Of a stretch of DNA of 64,000 nucleotides, positions 1 through 15,000 are shown one piece after another. The notes beneath the pieces are model-generated. The model was not told the DNA's origin. It saw nothing but the letters and a program-made list of their open reading frames with translations, and searched no databases. Source of the stretch: Nemertoderma westbladi (taxonomy: Eukaryota; Animalia; Xenacoelomorpha); assembly GCA_032718475.1 (NCBI GenBank), contig JAUCBJ010007844.1, positions 1-64,000 on the forward strand. Reading direction: 5' to 3'. How positions within the stretch are numbered: position 1 is the stretch's first letter; each line of letters starts with the position of its first letter. The translations under genes were made by a program, and so were the position numbers.

Positions 1-3000
1 ATATGGAGTCCATCATACAGCAGTTAGAACCAGTACTCTATATGGAGTCCATCATACAGCAGTTAGAACCAGTACTATATGGAGTCCATCATACAGCAGT
101 TAGAACCAGTACTATATGGAGTCCATCATACAGAAGATAGAACCAGTACTATATGGAGTCCATCATACAGAAGATAGAACCAGTACTATATGGAGTCCTT
201 CATACAGAAGTTAGAACCAGTACTCCAATATGGAGTCCATCATACAGCAGTTAGAACCAGTACTATATGGAGTCCATCAATCAGCAGTTAGAATCAGTAC
301 TCCTATATGGAGTCCATCATACAGCAGTTAGAACCAGTTCTATATGGAGTCCTCCATACAGAAGATAGAACCAGTACCATATGGAGTCCATCATACAGCA
401 GTTAGAACCAGTACGATAGAACCAGTACTATATGGAGTCCATCATACAGCAGTTAGAACCAGTACTATATGGAGTCCATCATACAGCAGTTAGAACCAGT
501 ACTATATGGAGTCCATCATACAGCAGTTAGAACCAGTACTATATAGAGTCCTTCATATAGAAGATAGAACCAGTACTATATGGAGTCCATCATACAGCAG
601 TTAGAACCAGTACTATATGGAGTCCGTCATACAGCAGTTAGAACCAGTACTATATGGAGTCCATCATACAGCAGTTAGAACCAGTACTATATGGAGTCCT
701 TCATACAGAAGATAGAACTAGTACTATATGGAGTCCATCATACAGCAGTAGAACCAGTACTATATGGAGTCCTTCATATAGAAGATAGAACCAGTACTAT
801 ATGGAGTCCATCATACAGCAGTTAGAACCAGTACTATATGGAGTCCTTCATATAGAAGATAGAACCAGTACTATATGGAGTCCATCATACAGCAGTTAGA
901 ACCAGTACTATATGGAGTCCTTCATATAGAAGATAGAACCAGTACTATATGGAGTCCATCATACAGCAGTTAGAACCAGTACTATATGGAGTCCTTCATA
1001 CAGAAGATAGAACTAGTACTATATGGAGTCCATCATACAGCAGTAGAACCAGTACTATATGGAGTCCTTCATATAGAAGATAGAACCAGTACTATATGGA
1101 GTCCATCATACAGCAGTTAGAACCAGTACTATATGGAGTCCATCATACAGCAGTTAGAACCAGTACTATATGGAGTCCATCATACAGCAGTTAGATCCAG
1201 TACTATATGGAGTCCTTCATACAGAAGATAGAACCAGTACCATATGGAGTCCATCATACAGCAGTTAGAACCAGTACTATATGGAGTCCATCACACAGCA
1301 GTTAGAACCAGTACTATATGGAGTCCATCATACAGCAGTTAGAACCAGTACTATATGGAGTCCATCATACAGCAGTTAGAACCAGTACTATATGGAGTCC
1401 TTCATACAGAAGATAGAACCAGTACTATATGGAGTCCTTCATACAGAAGATAGAACCAGTACCATATGGAGTCCATCATACAGCAGTTAGAACCAGTACT
1501 ATATGGAGTCCTTCATACAGCAGTTAGAACCAGTACTATATGGAGTCCTTCATATAGAAGATAGATCCAGTACCATATGGAGTCCATCATACAGCAGTTA
1601 GAACCAGTAATATATGGAGTCCATCATACAGCAGTTAGAACCAGTACTATATGGAGTCCATCACACAGCAGTTAGAACCAGTACTATATGGAGTCCATAA
1701 ATCAGCAGTTAGAACCAGTACTATATGGAGTCCATCATACAGCAGTTAGAACCAGTACTCCTATATGGAGTCCATCATACAGCAGTTAGAACCAGTACTA
1801 TATGGAGTCCATCATACAGCAGTTAGAACCAGTACTCATATATGGAGTCCATCATACAACAGTTAGAACCAGTACTATATGGAGTCCATCATACAGCAGT
1901 TAGAACCAGTACCATATGGAGTCCATCATACAGCAGTTAGAACCAGTAATATATGGAGTCCATCATACAGCAGTTAGAACCAGTACTATATGGAGTCCAT
2001 CACACAGCAGTTAGAACCAGTACTATATGGAGTCCATAAATCAGCAGTGAGAACCAGTACTATATGGAGTCCATCATACAACAGTTAGAACCAGTACTAT
2101 ATGGAGTCCATCATACAGCAGTTAGAACCAGTACCATATGGAGTCCATCATACAGCAGTTAGAACCAGTACTCATATATGGAGTCCATCATACAGCAGTT
2201 AGAACCAGTACTCCTATATGGAGTCCATCATACATCAGTTAGAACCAGTACCATATGGAGTCCATCATACAGCAGTTAGAACCAGTACTATATGGAGTCC
2301 ATCATATGGGTCCATCATACAGCAGTTAGAACCAGTACCATATGGAGTCCATCATACAGCAGTTAGAACCAGTACTATATGGAGTCCATCATACAGCAGT
2401 TAGAACCAGTACTATATGGAGTCCATCATACAGCAGTTAGAACCAGTATTATATGGAGTCCATCATACAGCAGTTAGAACCAGTACTATATGGAGTCCTT
2501 CATACAGAAAATAGAACCAGTACTATATGGAGTACCAGTACCATATGGAGTCCATCATACAGCAGTTAGAACCAGTACTATATGGTGTCCTTATGGAGTC
2601 CATCATACAGCAGTTAGAACCAGTACTATATGGAGTCCTTCATACAGAAGATAGAACCAGTACTATATGGAGTACCAGTACCATATGGAGTCCATCATAC
2701 AGCAGTTAGAACCAGTACTATATGGTGTCCTTATGGAGTCCATCATACAGCAGTTAGAACCAGTACTATATGGAGTCCATCATACAGCAGTTAGAACCAG
2801 TACTATATGGAGTCCATCATACAGCAGTTAGAACCAGTACTATATGGAGTCCATCATACAGCAGTTAGAACCAGTACTATATGGAGTCCATCATACAGCA
2901 GTTAGAACCAGTACTATATGGAGTCCTTCATACAGAAGATAGAACCAGTACTATATGGAGTACCAGTACCATATGGAGTCCATCATACAGCAGTTAGAAC

Positions 3001-6000
3001 CAGTACTATATGGTGTCCTTATGGAGTCCATCATACAGCAATTAGAACCAGTACTATATGGAGTCCTTCATACAGAAGATAGAACCAGTACTATATGGAG
3101 TCCTTCATACAGAAGGTAGAACCAGTACTATATGGAGTCCTTCATACAGAAAATAGAACCAGTACTATATGGAGTACCAGTACCATATGGAGTCCATCAT
3201 ACAGCAGTTAGAACCAGTACTATATGGTGTGCTTATGGAGTCCATCATACAGCAGTTAGAACCAGTACTATATGGAGTCCTTCATACAGAAGATAGAACC
3301 AGTACTATATGGAGTCCTTCATACAGAAAATAGAACCAGTACTATATGGAGTCCTTCATACAGAAGTTAGAACCAGTACTCCAATATGGAGTGCATCATA
3401 CAGCAGTTAGAACCAGTACTATATGGAGTCCATCAATCAGCAGTTAGAATCAGTACTCCTATATGGAGTCCATCATACAGCAGTTAGAACCAGTTCTATA
3501 TGGAGTCCTCCATACAGAAGATAGAACCAGTACCATATGGAGTCCATCATACAGCAGTTAGAACCAGTACGATAGAACCAGTACTATATGGAGTCCATCA
3601 TACAGCAGTTAGAACCAGTACTATATGGAGTCCATCATACAGCAGTTAGAACCAGTACTATATGGAGTCCATCATACAGCAGTTAGAACCAGTACTATAT
3701 AGAGTCCTTCATATAGAAGATAGAACCAGTACTATATGGAGTCCATCATACAGCAGTTAGAACCAGTACTATATGGAGTCCGTCATACAGCAGTTAGAAC
3801 CAGTACTATATGGAGTCCATCATACAGCAGTTAGAACCAGTACTATATGGAGTCCTTCATACAGAAGATAGATCTAGTACTATATGGAGTCCATCATACA
3901 GCAGTAGAACCAGTACTATATGGAGTCCTTCATATAGAAGATAGAACCAGTACTATATGGAGTCCATCATACAGCAGTTAGAACCAGTACTATATGGAGT
4001 CCTTCATACAGAAGATAGAACCAGTACTATATGGAGTCCTTCATACAGAAGATAGAACCAGTACCATATGGAGTCCATCATACAGCAGTTAGAACCAGTA
4101 CTATATGGAGTCCTTCATACAGCAGTTAGAACCAGTACTATATGGAGTCCTTCATATAGAAGATAGATCCAGTACCATATGGAGTCCATCATACAGCAGT
4201 TAGAACCAGTAATATATGGAGTCCATCATACAGCAGTTAGAACCAGTACTATATGGAGTCCATCACACAGCAGTTAGAACCAGTACTATATGGAGTCCAT
4301 AAATCAGCAGTTAGAACCAGTACTATATGGAGTCCATCATACAGCAGTTAGAACCAGTACTCCTATATGGAGTCCATCATACAGCAGTTAGAACCAGTAC
4401 TATATGGAGTCCATCATACAGCAGTTAGAACCAGTACTCATATATGGAGTCCATCATACAACAGTTAGAACCAGTACTATATGGAGTACATCATACAGCA
4501 GTTAGAACCAGTACCATATGGAGTCCATCATACAGCAGTTAGAACCAATAATATATGGAGTCCATCATACAGCAGTTAGAACCAGTACTATATGGAGTCA
4601 ATCACACAGCAGTTAGAACCAGTACTATATGGAGTCCATAAATCAGCAGTGAGAACCAGTACTATATGGAGTCCATCATACAACAGTTAGAACCAGTACT
4701 ATATGGAGTCCATCATACAGCAGTTAGAACCAGTACCATATGGAGTCCATCATACAGCAGTTAGAACCAGTACTCATATATGGAGTCCATCATACAGCAG
4801 TTAGAACCAGTACTCCTATATGGAGTCCATCATACATCAGTGAGAACCAGTACCATATGGAGTCCATCATACAGCAGTTAGAACCAGTACTATATGGAGT
4901 CCATCATATGGGTCCATCATACAGCAGTTAGAACCAGTACCATATGGAGTCCATCATACAGCAGTTAGAACCAGTACTATATGGAGTCCATCATACAGCA
5001 GTTAGAACCAGTACTATATGGAGTCCATCATACAGCAGTTAGAACCAGTATTATATGGAGTCCATCATACAGCAGTTAGAACCAGTACTATATGGAGTCC
5101 TTCATACAGAAAATAGAACCAGTACTATATGGAGTACCAGTACCATATGGAGTCCATCATACAGCAGTTAGAACCAGTACTATATGGTGTCCTTATGGAG
5201 TCCATCATACAGCAGTTAGAACCAGTACTATATGGAGTCCTTCATACAGAAGATAGAACCAGTACTATATGGAGTACCAGTACCATATGGAGTCCATCAT
5301 ACAGCAGTTAGAACCAGTACTATATGGTGTCCTTATGGAGTCCATCATACAGCAGTTAGAACCAGTACTATATGGAGTCCATCATACAGCAGTTAGAACC
5401 AGTACTATATGGAGTCCATCATACAGCAGTTAGAACCAGTACTATATGGAGTCCATCATACAGCAGTTAGAACCAGTACTATATGGAGTCCATCATACAG
5501 CAGTTAGAACCAGTACTATATGGAGTCCTTCATACAGAAGATAGAACCAGTACTATATGGAGTACCAGTACCATATGGAGTCCATCATACAGCAGTTAGA
5601 ACCAGTACTATATGGTGTCCTTATGGAGTCCATCATACAGCAATTAGAACCAGTACTATATGGAGTCCTTCATACAGAAGATAGAACCAGTACTATATGG
5701 AGTCCTTCATACAGAAGGTAGAACCAGTACTATATGGTGTCCTTCATACAGAAAATAGAACCAGTACTATATGGAGTACCAGTACCATATGGAGTCCATC
5801 ATACAGCAGTTAGAACCAGTACTATATGGTGTGCTTATGGAGTCCATCATACAGCAGTTAGAACCAGTACTATATGGAGTCCTTCATACAGAAGATAGAA
5901 CCAGTACTATATGGAGTCCTTCATACAGAAAATAGAACCAGTACTATATGGAGTCCTTCATACAGAAGTTAGAACCAGTACTCCAATATGGAGTGCATCA

Positions 6001-9000
6001 TACAGCAGTTAGAACCAGTACTATATGGAGTCCATCAATCAGCAGTTAGAATCAGTACTCCTATATGGAGTCCATCATACAGCAGTTAGAACCAGTTCTA
6101 TATGGAGTCCTCCATACAGAAGATAGAACCAGTACCATATGGAGTCCATCATACAGCAGTTAGAACCAGTACGATAGAACCAGTACTATATGGAGTCCAT
6201 CATACAGCAGTTAGAACCAGTACTATATGGAGTCCATCATACAGCAGTTAGAACCAGTACTATATGGAGTCCATCATACAGCAGTTAGAACCAGTACTAT
6301 ATAGAGTCCTTCATATAGAAGATAGAACCAGTACTATATGGAGTCCATCATACAGCAGTTAGAACCAGTACTATATGGAGTCCGTCATACAGCAGTTAGA
6401 ACCAGTACTATATGGAGTCCATCATACAGCAGTTAGAACCAGTACTATATGGAGTCCTTCATACAGAAGATAGATCTAGTACTATATGGAGTCCATCATA
6501 CAGCAGTAGAACCAGTACTATATGGAGTCCTTCATATAGAAGATAGAACCAGTACTATATGGAGTCCATCATACAGCAGTTAGAACCAGTACTATATGGA
6601 GTCCTTCATATAGAAGATAGAACCAGTACTATATGGAGTCCATCATACAGCAGTTAGAACCAGTACTATATGGAGTCCTTCATATAGAAGATAGAACCAG
6701 TACTATATGGAGTCCATCATACAGCAGTTAGAACCAGTACTATATGGAGTCCTTCATACAGAAGATAGAACTAGTACTATATGGAGTCCATCATACAGCA
6801 GTAGAACCAGTACTATATGGAGTCCTTCATATAGAAGATAGAACCAGTACTATATGGAGTCCATCATACAGCAGTTAGAACCAGTACTATATGGAGTCCA
6901 TCATACAGCAGTTAGAACCAGTACTATATGGAGTCCATCATACAGCAGTTAGATCCAGTACTATATGGAGTCCTTCATACAGAAGATAGAACCAGTACCA
7001 TATGGAGTCCATCATACAGCAGTTAGAACCAGTACTATATGGAGTCCATCACACAGCAGTTAGAACCAGTACTATATGGAGTCCATCATACAGCAGTTAG
7101 AACCAGTACTATATAGAGTCCATCATACAGCAGTTAGAACCAGTACTATATGGAGTCCTTCATACAGAAGATAGAACCAGTACTATATGGAGTCCTTCAT
7201 ACAGAAGATAGAACCAGTACCATATGGAGTCCATCATACAGCAGTTAGAACCAGTACTATATGGAGTCCTTCATACAGCAGTTAGAACCAGTACTATATG
7301 GAGTCCTTCATATAGAAGATAGATCCAGTACCATATGGAGTCCATCATACAGCAGTTAGAACCAGTAATATATGGAGTCCATCAAACAGCAGTTAGAACC
7401 AGTACTATATGGAGTCCATCACACAGCAGTTAGAACCAGTACTATATGGAGTCCATAAATCAGCAGTTAGAACCAGTACTATATGGAGTCCATCATACAG
7501 CAGTTAGAACCAGTACTCCTATATGGAGTCCATCATACAGCAGTTAGAACCAGTACTATATGGAGTCCATCATACAGCAGTTAGAACCAGTACTCATATA
7601 TGGAGTCCATCATACAACAGTTAGAACCAGTACTATATGGAGTCCATCATACAGCAGTTAGAACCAGTACCATATGGAGTCCATCATACAGCAGTTAGAA
7701 CCAATAATATATGGAGTCCATCATACAGCAGTTAGAACCAGTACTATATGGAGTCAATCACACAGCAGTTAGAACCAGTACTATATGGAGTCCATAAATC
7801 AGCAGTGAGAACCAGTACTATATGGAGTCCATCATACAACAGTTAGAACCAGTACTATATGGAGTCCATCATACAGCAGTTAGAACCAGTACCATATGGA
7901 GTCCATCATACAGCAGTTAGAACCAGTACTCATATATGGAGTCCATCATACAGCAGTTAGAACCAGTACTCCTATATGGAGTCCATCATACATCAGTGAG
8001 AACCAGTACCATATGGAGTCCATCATACAGCAGTTAGAACCAGTACTATATGGAGTCCATCATATGGGTCCATCATACAGCAGTTAGAACCAGTACCATA
8101 TGGAGTCCATCATACAGCAGTTAGAACCAGTACTATATGGAGTCCATCATACAGCAGTTAGAACCAGTACTATATGGAGTCCATCATACAGCAGTTAGAA
8201 CCAGTATTATATGGAGTCCATCATACAGCAGTTAGAACCAGTACTATATGGAGTCCTTCATACAGAAAATAGAACCAGTACTATATGGAGTACCAGTACC
8301 ATATGGAGTCCATCATACAGCAGTTAGAACCAGTACTATATGGTGTCCTTATGGAGTCCATCATACAGCAGTTAGAACCAGTACTATATGGAGTCCTTCA
8401 TACAGAAGATAGAACCAGTACTATATGGAGTACCAGTACCATATGGAGTCCATCATACAGCAGTTAGAACCAGTACTATATGGTGTCCTTATGGAGTCCA
8501 TCATACAGCAGTTAGAACCAGTACTATATGGAGTCCATCATACAGCAGTTAGAACCAGTACTATATGGAGTCCATCATACAGCAGTTAGAACCAGTACTA
8601 TATGGAGTCCATCATACAGCAGTTAGAACCAGTACTATATGGAGTCCATCATACAGCAGTTAGAACCAGTACTATATGGAGTCCTTCATACAGAAGATAG
8701 AACCAGTACTATATGGAGTACCAGTACCATATGGAGTCCATCATACAGCAGTTAGAACCAGTACTATATGGTGTCCTTATGGAGTCCATCATACAGCAAT
8801 TAGAACCAGTACTATATGGAGTCCTTCATACAGAAGATAGAACCAGTACTATATGGAGTCCTTCATACAGAAGATAGAACCAGTACTATATGGAGTCCTT
8901 CATACAGAAGGTAGAACCAGTACTATATGGAGTCCTTCATACAGAAAATAGAACCAGTACTATATGGAGTACCAGTACCATATGGAGTCCATCATACAGC

Positions 9001-12000
9001 AGTTAGAACCAGTACTATATGGTGTGCTTATGGAGTCCATCATACAGCAGTTAGAACCAGTACTATATGGAGTCCTTCATACAGAAGATAGAACCAGTAC
9101 TATATGGAGTCCATCATACAGCAGTTAGAACCAGTACTATATGGAGTCCTTCATACAGAAAATAGAACCAGTACTATATGGAGTACCAGTACCATATGGA
9201 GTCCATCATACAGCAGTTAGAACCAGTACTATATGGAGTCCATCATACAGCAGTTAGAACCAGTACTATATGGAGTCCTTCATATAGAAGATAGAACCAG
9301 TACTATATGGAGTCCATCATACAGCAGTTAGAACCAGTACTATATGGAGTCCTTCATATAGAAGATAGAACCAGTACTATATGGAGTCCATCATACAGCA
9401 GTTAGAACCAGTACTATATGGAGTCCTTCATACAGAAGATAGAACTAGTACTATATGGAGTCCATCATACAGCAGTAGAACCAGTACTATATGGAGTCCT
9501 TCATATAGAAGATAGAACCAGTACTATATGGAGTCCATCATACAGCAGTTAGAACCAGTACTATATGGAGTCCATCATACAGCAGTTAGAACCAGTACTA
9601 TATGGAGTCCATCATACAGCAGTTAGATCCAGTACTATATGGAGTCCTTCATACAGAAGATAGAACCAGTACCATATGGAGTCCATCATACAGCAGTTAG
9701 AACCAGTACTATATGGAGTCCATCACACAGCAGTTAGAACCAGTACTATATGGAGTCCATCATACAGCAGTTAGAACCAGTACTATATAGAGTCCATCAT
9801 ACAGCAGTTAGAACCAGTACTATATGGAGTCCTTCATACAGAAGATAGAACCAGTACTATATGGAGTCCTTCATACAGAAGATAGAACCAGTACCATATG
9901 GAGTCCATCATACAGCAGTTAGAACCAGTACTATATGGAGTCCTTCATACAGCAGTTAGAACCAGTACTATATGGAGTCCTTCATATAGAAGATAGATCC
10001 AGTACCATATGGAGTCCATCATACAGCAGTTAGAACCAGTAATATATGGAGTCCATCAAACAGCAGTTAGAACCAGTACTATATGGAGTCCATCACACAG
10101 CAGTTAGAACCAGTACTATATGGAGTCCATAAATCAGCAGTTAGAACCAGTACTATATGTAGTCCATCATACAGCAGTTAGAACCAGTACTCCTATATGG
10201 AGTCCATCATACAGCAGTTAGAACCAGTACTATATGGAGTCCATCATACAGCAGTTAGAACCAGTACTCATATATGGAGTCCATCATACAACAGTTAGAA
10301 CCAGTACTATATGGAGTCCATCATACAGCAGTTAGAACCAGTACCATATGGAGTCCATCATACAGCAGTTAGAACCAATAATATATGGAGTCCATCATAC
10401 AGCAGTTAGAACCAGTACTATATGGAGTCAATCACACAGCAGTTAGAACCAGTACTATATGGAGTCCATAAATCAGCAGTGAGAACCAGTACTATATGGA
10501 GTCCATCATACAACAGTTAGAACCAGTACTATATGGAGTCCATCATACAGCAGTTAGAACCAGTACCATATGGAGTCCATCATACAGCAGTTAGAACCAG
10601 TACTCATATATGGAGTCCATCATACAGCAGTTAGAACCAGTACTCCTATATGGAGTCCATCATACATCAGTGAGAACCAGTACCATATGGAGTCCATCAT
10701 ACAGCAGTTAGAACCAGTACTATATGGAGTCCATCATATGGGTCCATCATACAGCAGTTAGAACCAGTACCATATGGAGTCCATCATACAGCAGTTAGAA
10801 CCAGTACTATATGGAGTCCATCATACAGCAGTTAGAACCAGTACTATATGGAGTCCATCATACAGCAGTTAGAACCAGTATTATATGGAGTCCATCATAC
10901 AGCAGTTAGAACCAGTACTATATGGAGTCCTTCATACAGAAAATAGAACCAGTACTATATGGAGTACCAGTACCATATGGAGTCCATCATACAGCAGTTA
11001 GAACCAGTACTATATGGTGTCCTTATGGAGTCCATCATACAGCAGTTAGAACCAGTACTATATGGAGTCCTTCATACAGAAGATAGAACCAGTACTATAT
11101 GGAGTACCAGTACCATATGGAGTCCATCATACAGCAGTTAGAACCAGTACTATATGGTGTCCTTATGGAGTCCATCATACAGCAGTTAGAACCAGTACTA
11201 TATGGAGTCCATCATACAGCAGTTAGAACCAGTACTATATGGAGTCCATCATACAGCAGTTAGAACCAGTACTATATGGAGTCCATCATACAGCAGTTAG
11301 AACCAGTACTATATGGAGTCCATCATACAGCAGTTAGAACCAGTACTATATGGAGTCCTTCATACAGAAGATAGAACCAGTACTATATGGAGTACCAGTA
11401 CCATATGGAGTCCATCATACAGCAGTTAGAACCAGTACTATATGGTGTCCTTATGGAGTCCATCATACAGCAATTAGAACCAGTACTATATGGAGTCCTT
11501 CATACAGAAGATAGAACCAGTACTATATGGAGTCCTTCATACAGAAGATAGAACCAGTACTATATGGAGTCCTTCATACAGAAGGTAGAACCAGTACTAT
11601 ATGGAGTCCTTCATACAGAAAATAGAACCAGTACTATATGGAGTACCAGTACCATATGGAGTCCATCATACAGCAGTTAGAACCAGTACTATATGGTGTG
11701 CTTATGGAGTCCATCATACAGCAGTTAGAACCAGTACTATATGGAGTCCTTCATACAGAAGATAGAACCAGTACTATATGGAGTCCATCATACAGCAGTT
11801 AGAACCAGTACTATATGGAGTCCTTCATACAGAAAATAGAACCAGTACTATATGGAGTACCAGTACCATATGGAGTCCATCATACAGCAGTTAGAACCAG
11901 TACTATATGGTGTCCTTATGGAGTCCATCATACAGCAGTTAGAACCAGTACTATATGGAGTCCGTCATACAGCAGTTAGAACCAGTACTCATATATGGAG

Positions 12001-15000
12001 TCCATCACACAGCAGTTAGAACCAGTACTCCTATATGGAGTCCATCATACAGCTGTTGGAACCAGTACTCCTATATGGAGTCCATCATACAGCAGTTAGA
12101 ACCAGTACTATATGGTGTCCTTATGGAGTCCATCATACAGCAGTTAGAACCAGTACTATATGGAGTCCTTCATACATAAGATAGAACCAGTACTATATGG
12201 AGTCCTTCATACAGAAGATAGAACCAGTACTATGGTGTCCTTATGGAGTCCATCATACAGCAGTTAGAACCAGTACTATATGGAGTCCTTCATACAGAAG
12301 ATAGAACCAGTACTATATGGAGTCCTTCATACAGAAGATAGAACCAGTACTATATGGAGTCCTTCATACAGAAGATAGAACCAGTACTATATGGAGTCCA
12401 TCATACAGCAGTTAGAACCAGTACTATATGGAGTCCTTATGGAGTCCATCATACAGCAGTTAGAACCAGTACTATATGGAGTCCTTCATACAGAAGATAG
12501 AACCAGTACTATATGGAGTCCTTCATACAGAAGATAGAACCAGTACTATATGGAGTCCTTCATACAGAAGATAGAACCAGTACTATATGGAGTCCATCAT
12601 ACAGCAGTTAGAACCAGTACTATATGGAGTCCTTCATACAGAAGATAGAACCAGTACTATATGGAGTCCATCATACAGCAGTTAGAACCAGTACTATATG
12701 GAGTCCATCATACAGAAGATAGAACCAGTACTATATGGAGTCCTTCATACAGAAGATAGAACCAGTACTATATGGAGTCCTTCATACAGCAGTTAGAACC
12801 AGTACTCCTATATGGAGTCCATCATACAGCAGTTAGAACCAATACTCCTATATGGAGTCCATCAATCAGAAGTTAGAACCAGTACTCCTATATGGAGTCC
12901 ATCAATCAGAAGTTAGAACCTGTACTCCTATATGGAGTCCATCATACAGCAGTTAGAACCAGTACTCCTTCCTATATGGAGTCCACCATACAGCAGTTAG
13001 AACCAGTACTCCTATATGGAGCCCATCATACAGCAGTTAGAACCAGTACCATATGGAGTCCATCATACAGCAGTTAGAACCAGTACTATATGGAGTCCTT
13101 CATACAGCAGTTAGAACCAGTACTATATGGAGTCCTTCATATAGAAGATAGATCCAGTACCATATGGAGTCCATCATACAGCAGTTAGAACCAGTAATAT
13201 ATGGAGTCCATCATACAGCAGTTAGAACCAGTACTATATGGAGTCCATCACACAGCAGTTAGAACCAGTACTATATGGAGTCCATAAATCAGCAGTTAGA
13301 ACCAGTACTATATGGAGTCCATCATACAGCAGTTAGAACCAGTACTCCTATATGGAGTCCATCATACAGCAGTTAGAACCAGTACTATATGGAGTCCATC
13401 ATACAGCAGTTAGAACCAGTACTCATATATGGAGTCCATCATACAACAGTTAGAACCAGTACTATATGGAGTACATCATACAGCAGTTAGAACCAGTACC
13501 ATATGGAGTCCATCATACAGCAGTTAGAACCAATAATATATGGAGTCCATCATACAGCAGTTAGAACCAGTACTATATGGAGTCAATCACACAGCAGTTA
13601 GAACCAGTACTATATGGAGTCCATAAATCAGCAGTGAGAACCAGTACTATATGGAGTCCATCATACAACAGTTAGAACCAGTACTATATGGAGTCCATCA
13701 TACAGCAGTTAGAACCAGTACCATATGGAGTCCATCATACAGCAGTTAGAACCAGTACTCATATATGGAGTCCATCATACAGCAGTTAGAACCAGTACTC
13801 CTATATGGAGTCCATCATACATCAGTGAGAACCAGTACCATATGGAGTCCATCATACAGCAGTTAGAACCAGTACTATATGGAGTCCATCATATGGGTCC
13901 ATCATACAGCAGTTAGAACCAGTACCATATGGAGTCCATCATACAGCAGTTAGAACCAGTACTATATGGAGTCCATCATACAGCAGTTAGAACCAGTACT
14001 ATATGGAGTCCATCATACAGCAGTTAGAACCAGTATTATATGGAGTCCATCATACAGCAGTTAGAACCAGTACTATATGGAGTCCTTCATACAGAAAATA
14101 GAACCAGTACTATATGGAGTACCAGTACCATATGGAGTCCATCATACAGCAGTTAGAACCAGTACTATATGGTGTCCTTATGGAGTCCATCATACAGCAG
14201 TTAGAACCAGTACTATATGGAGTCCTTCATACAGAAGATAGAACCAGTACTATATGGAGTACCAGTACCATATGGAGTCCATCATACAGCAGTTAGAACC
14301 AGTACTATATGGTGTCCTTATGGAGTCCATCATACAGCAGTTAGAACCAGTACTATATGGAGTCCATCATACAGCAGTTAGAACCAGTACTATATGGAGT
14401 CCATCATACAGCAGTTAGAACCAGTACTATATGGAGTCCATCATACAGCAGTTAGAACCAGTACTATATGGAGTCCATCATACAGCAGTTAGAACCAGTA
14501 CTATATGGAGTCCTTCATACAGAAGATAGAACCAGTACTATATGGAGTACCAGTACCATATGGAGTCCATCATACAGCAGTTAGAACCAGTACTATATGG
14601 TGTCCTTATGGAGTCCATCATACAGCAATTAGAACCAGTACTATATGGAGTCCTTCATACAGAAGATAGAACCAGTACTATATGGAGTCCTTCATACAGA
14701 AGGTAGAACCAGTACTATATGGAGTCCTTCATACAGAAAATAGAACCAGTACTATATGGAGTACCAGTACCATATGGAGTCCATCATACAGCAGTTAGAA
14801 CCAGTACTATATGGTGTGCTTATGGAGTCCATCATACAGCAGTTAGAACCAGTACTATATGGAGTCCTTCATACAGAAGATAGAACCAGTACTATATGGA
14901 GTCCTTCATACAGAAAATAGAACCAGTACTATATGGAGTCCTTCATACAGAAGTTAGAACCAGTACTCCAATATGGAGTGCATCATACAGCAGTTAGAAC

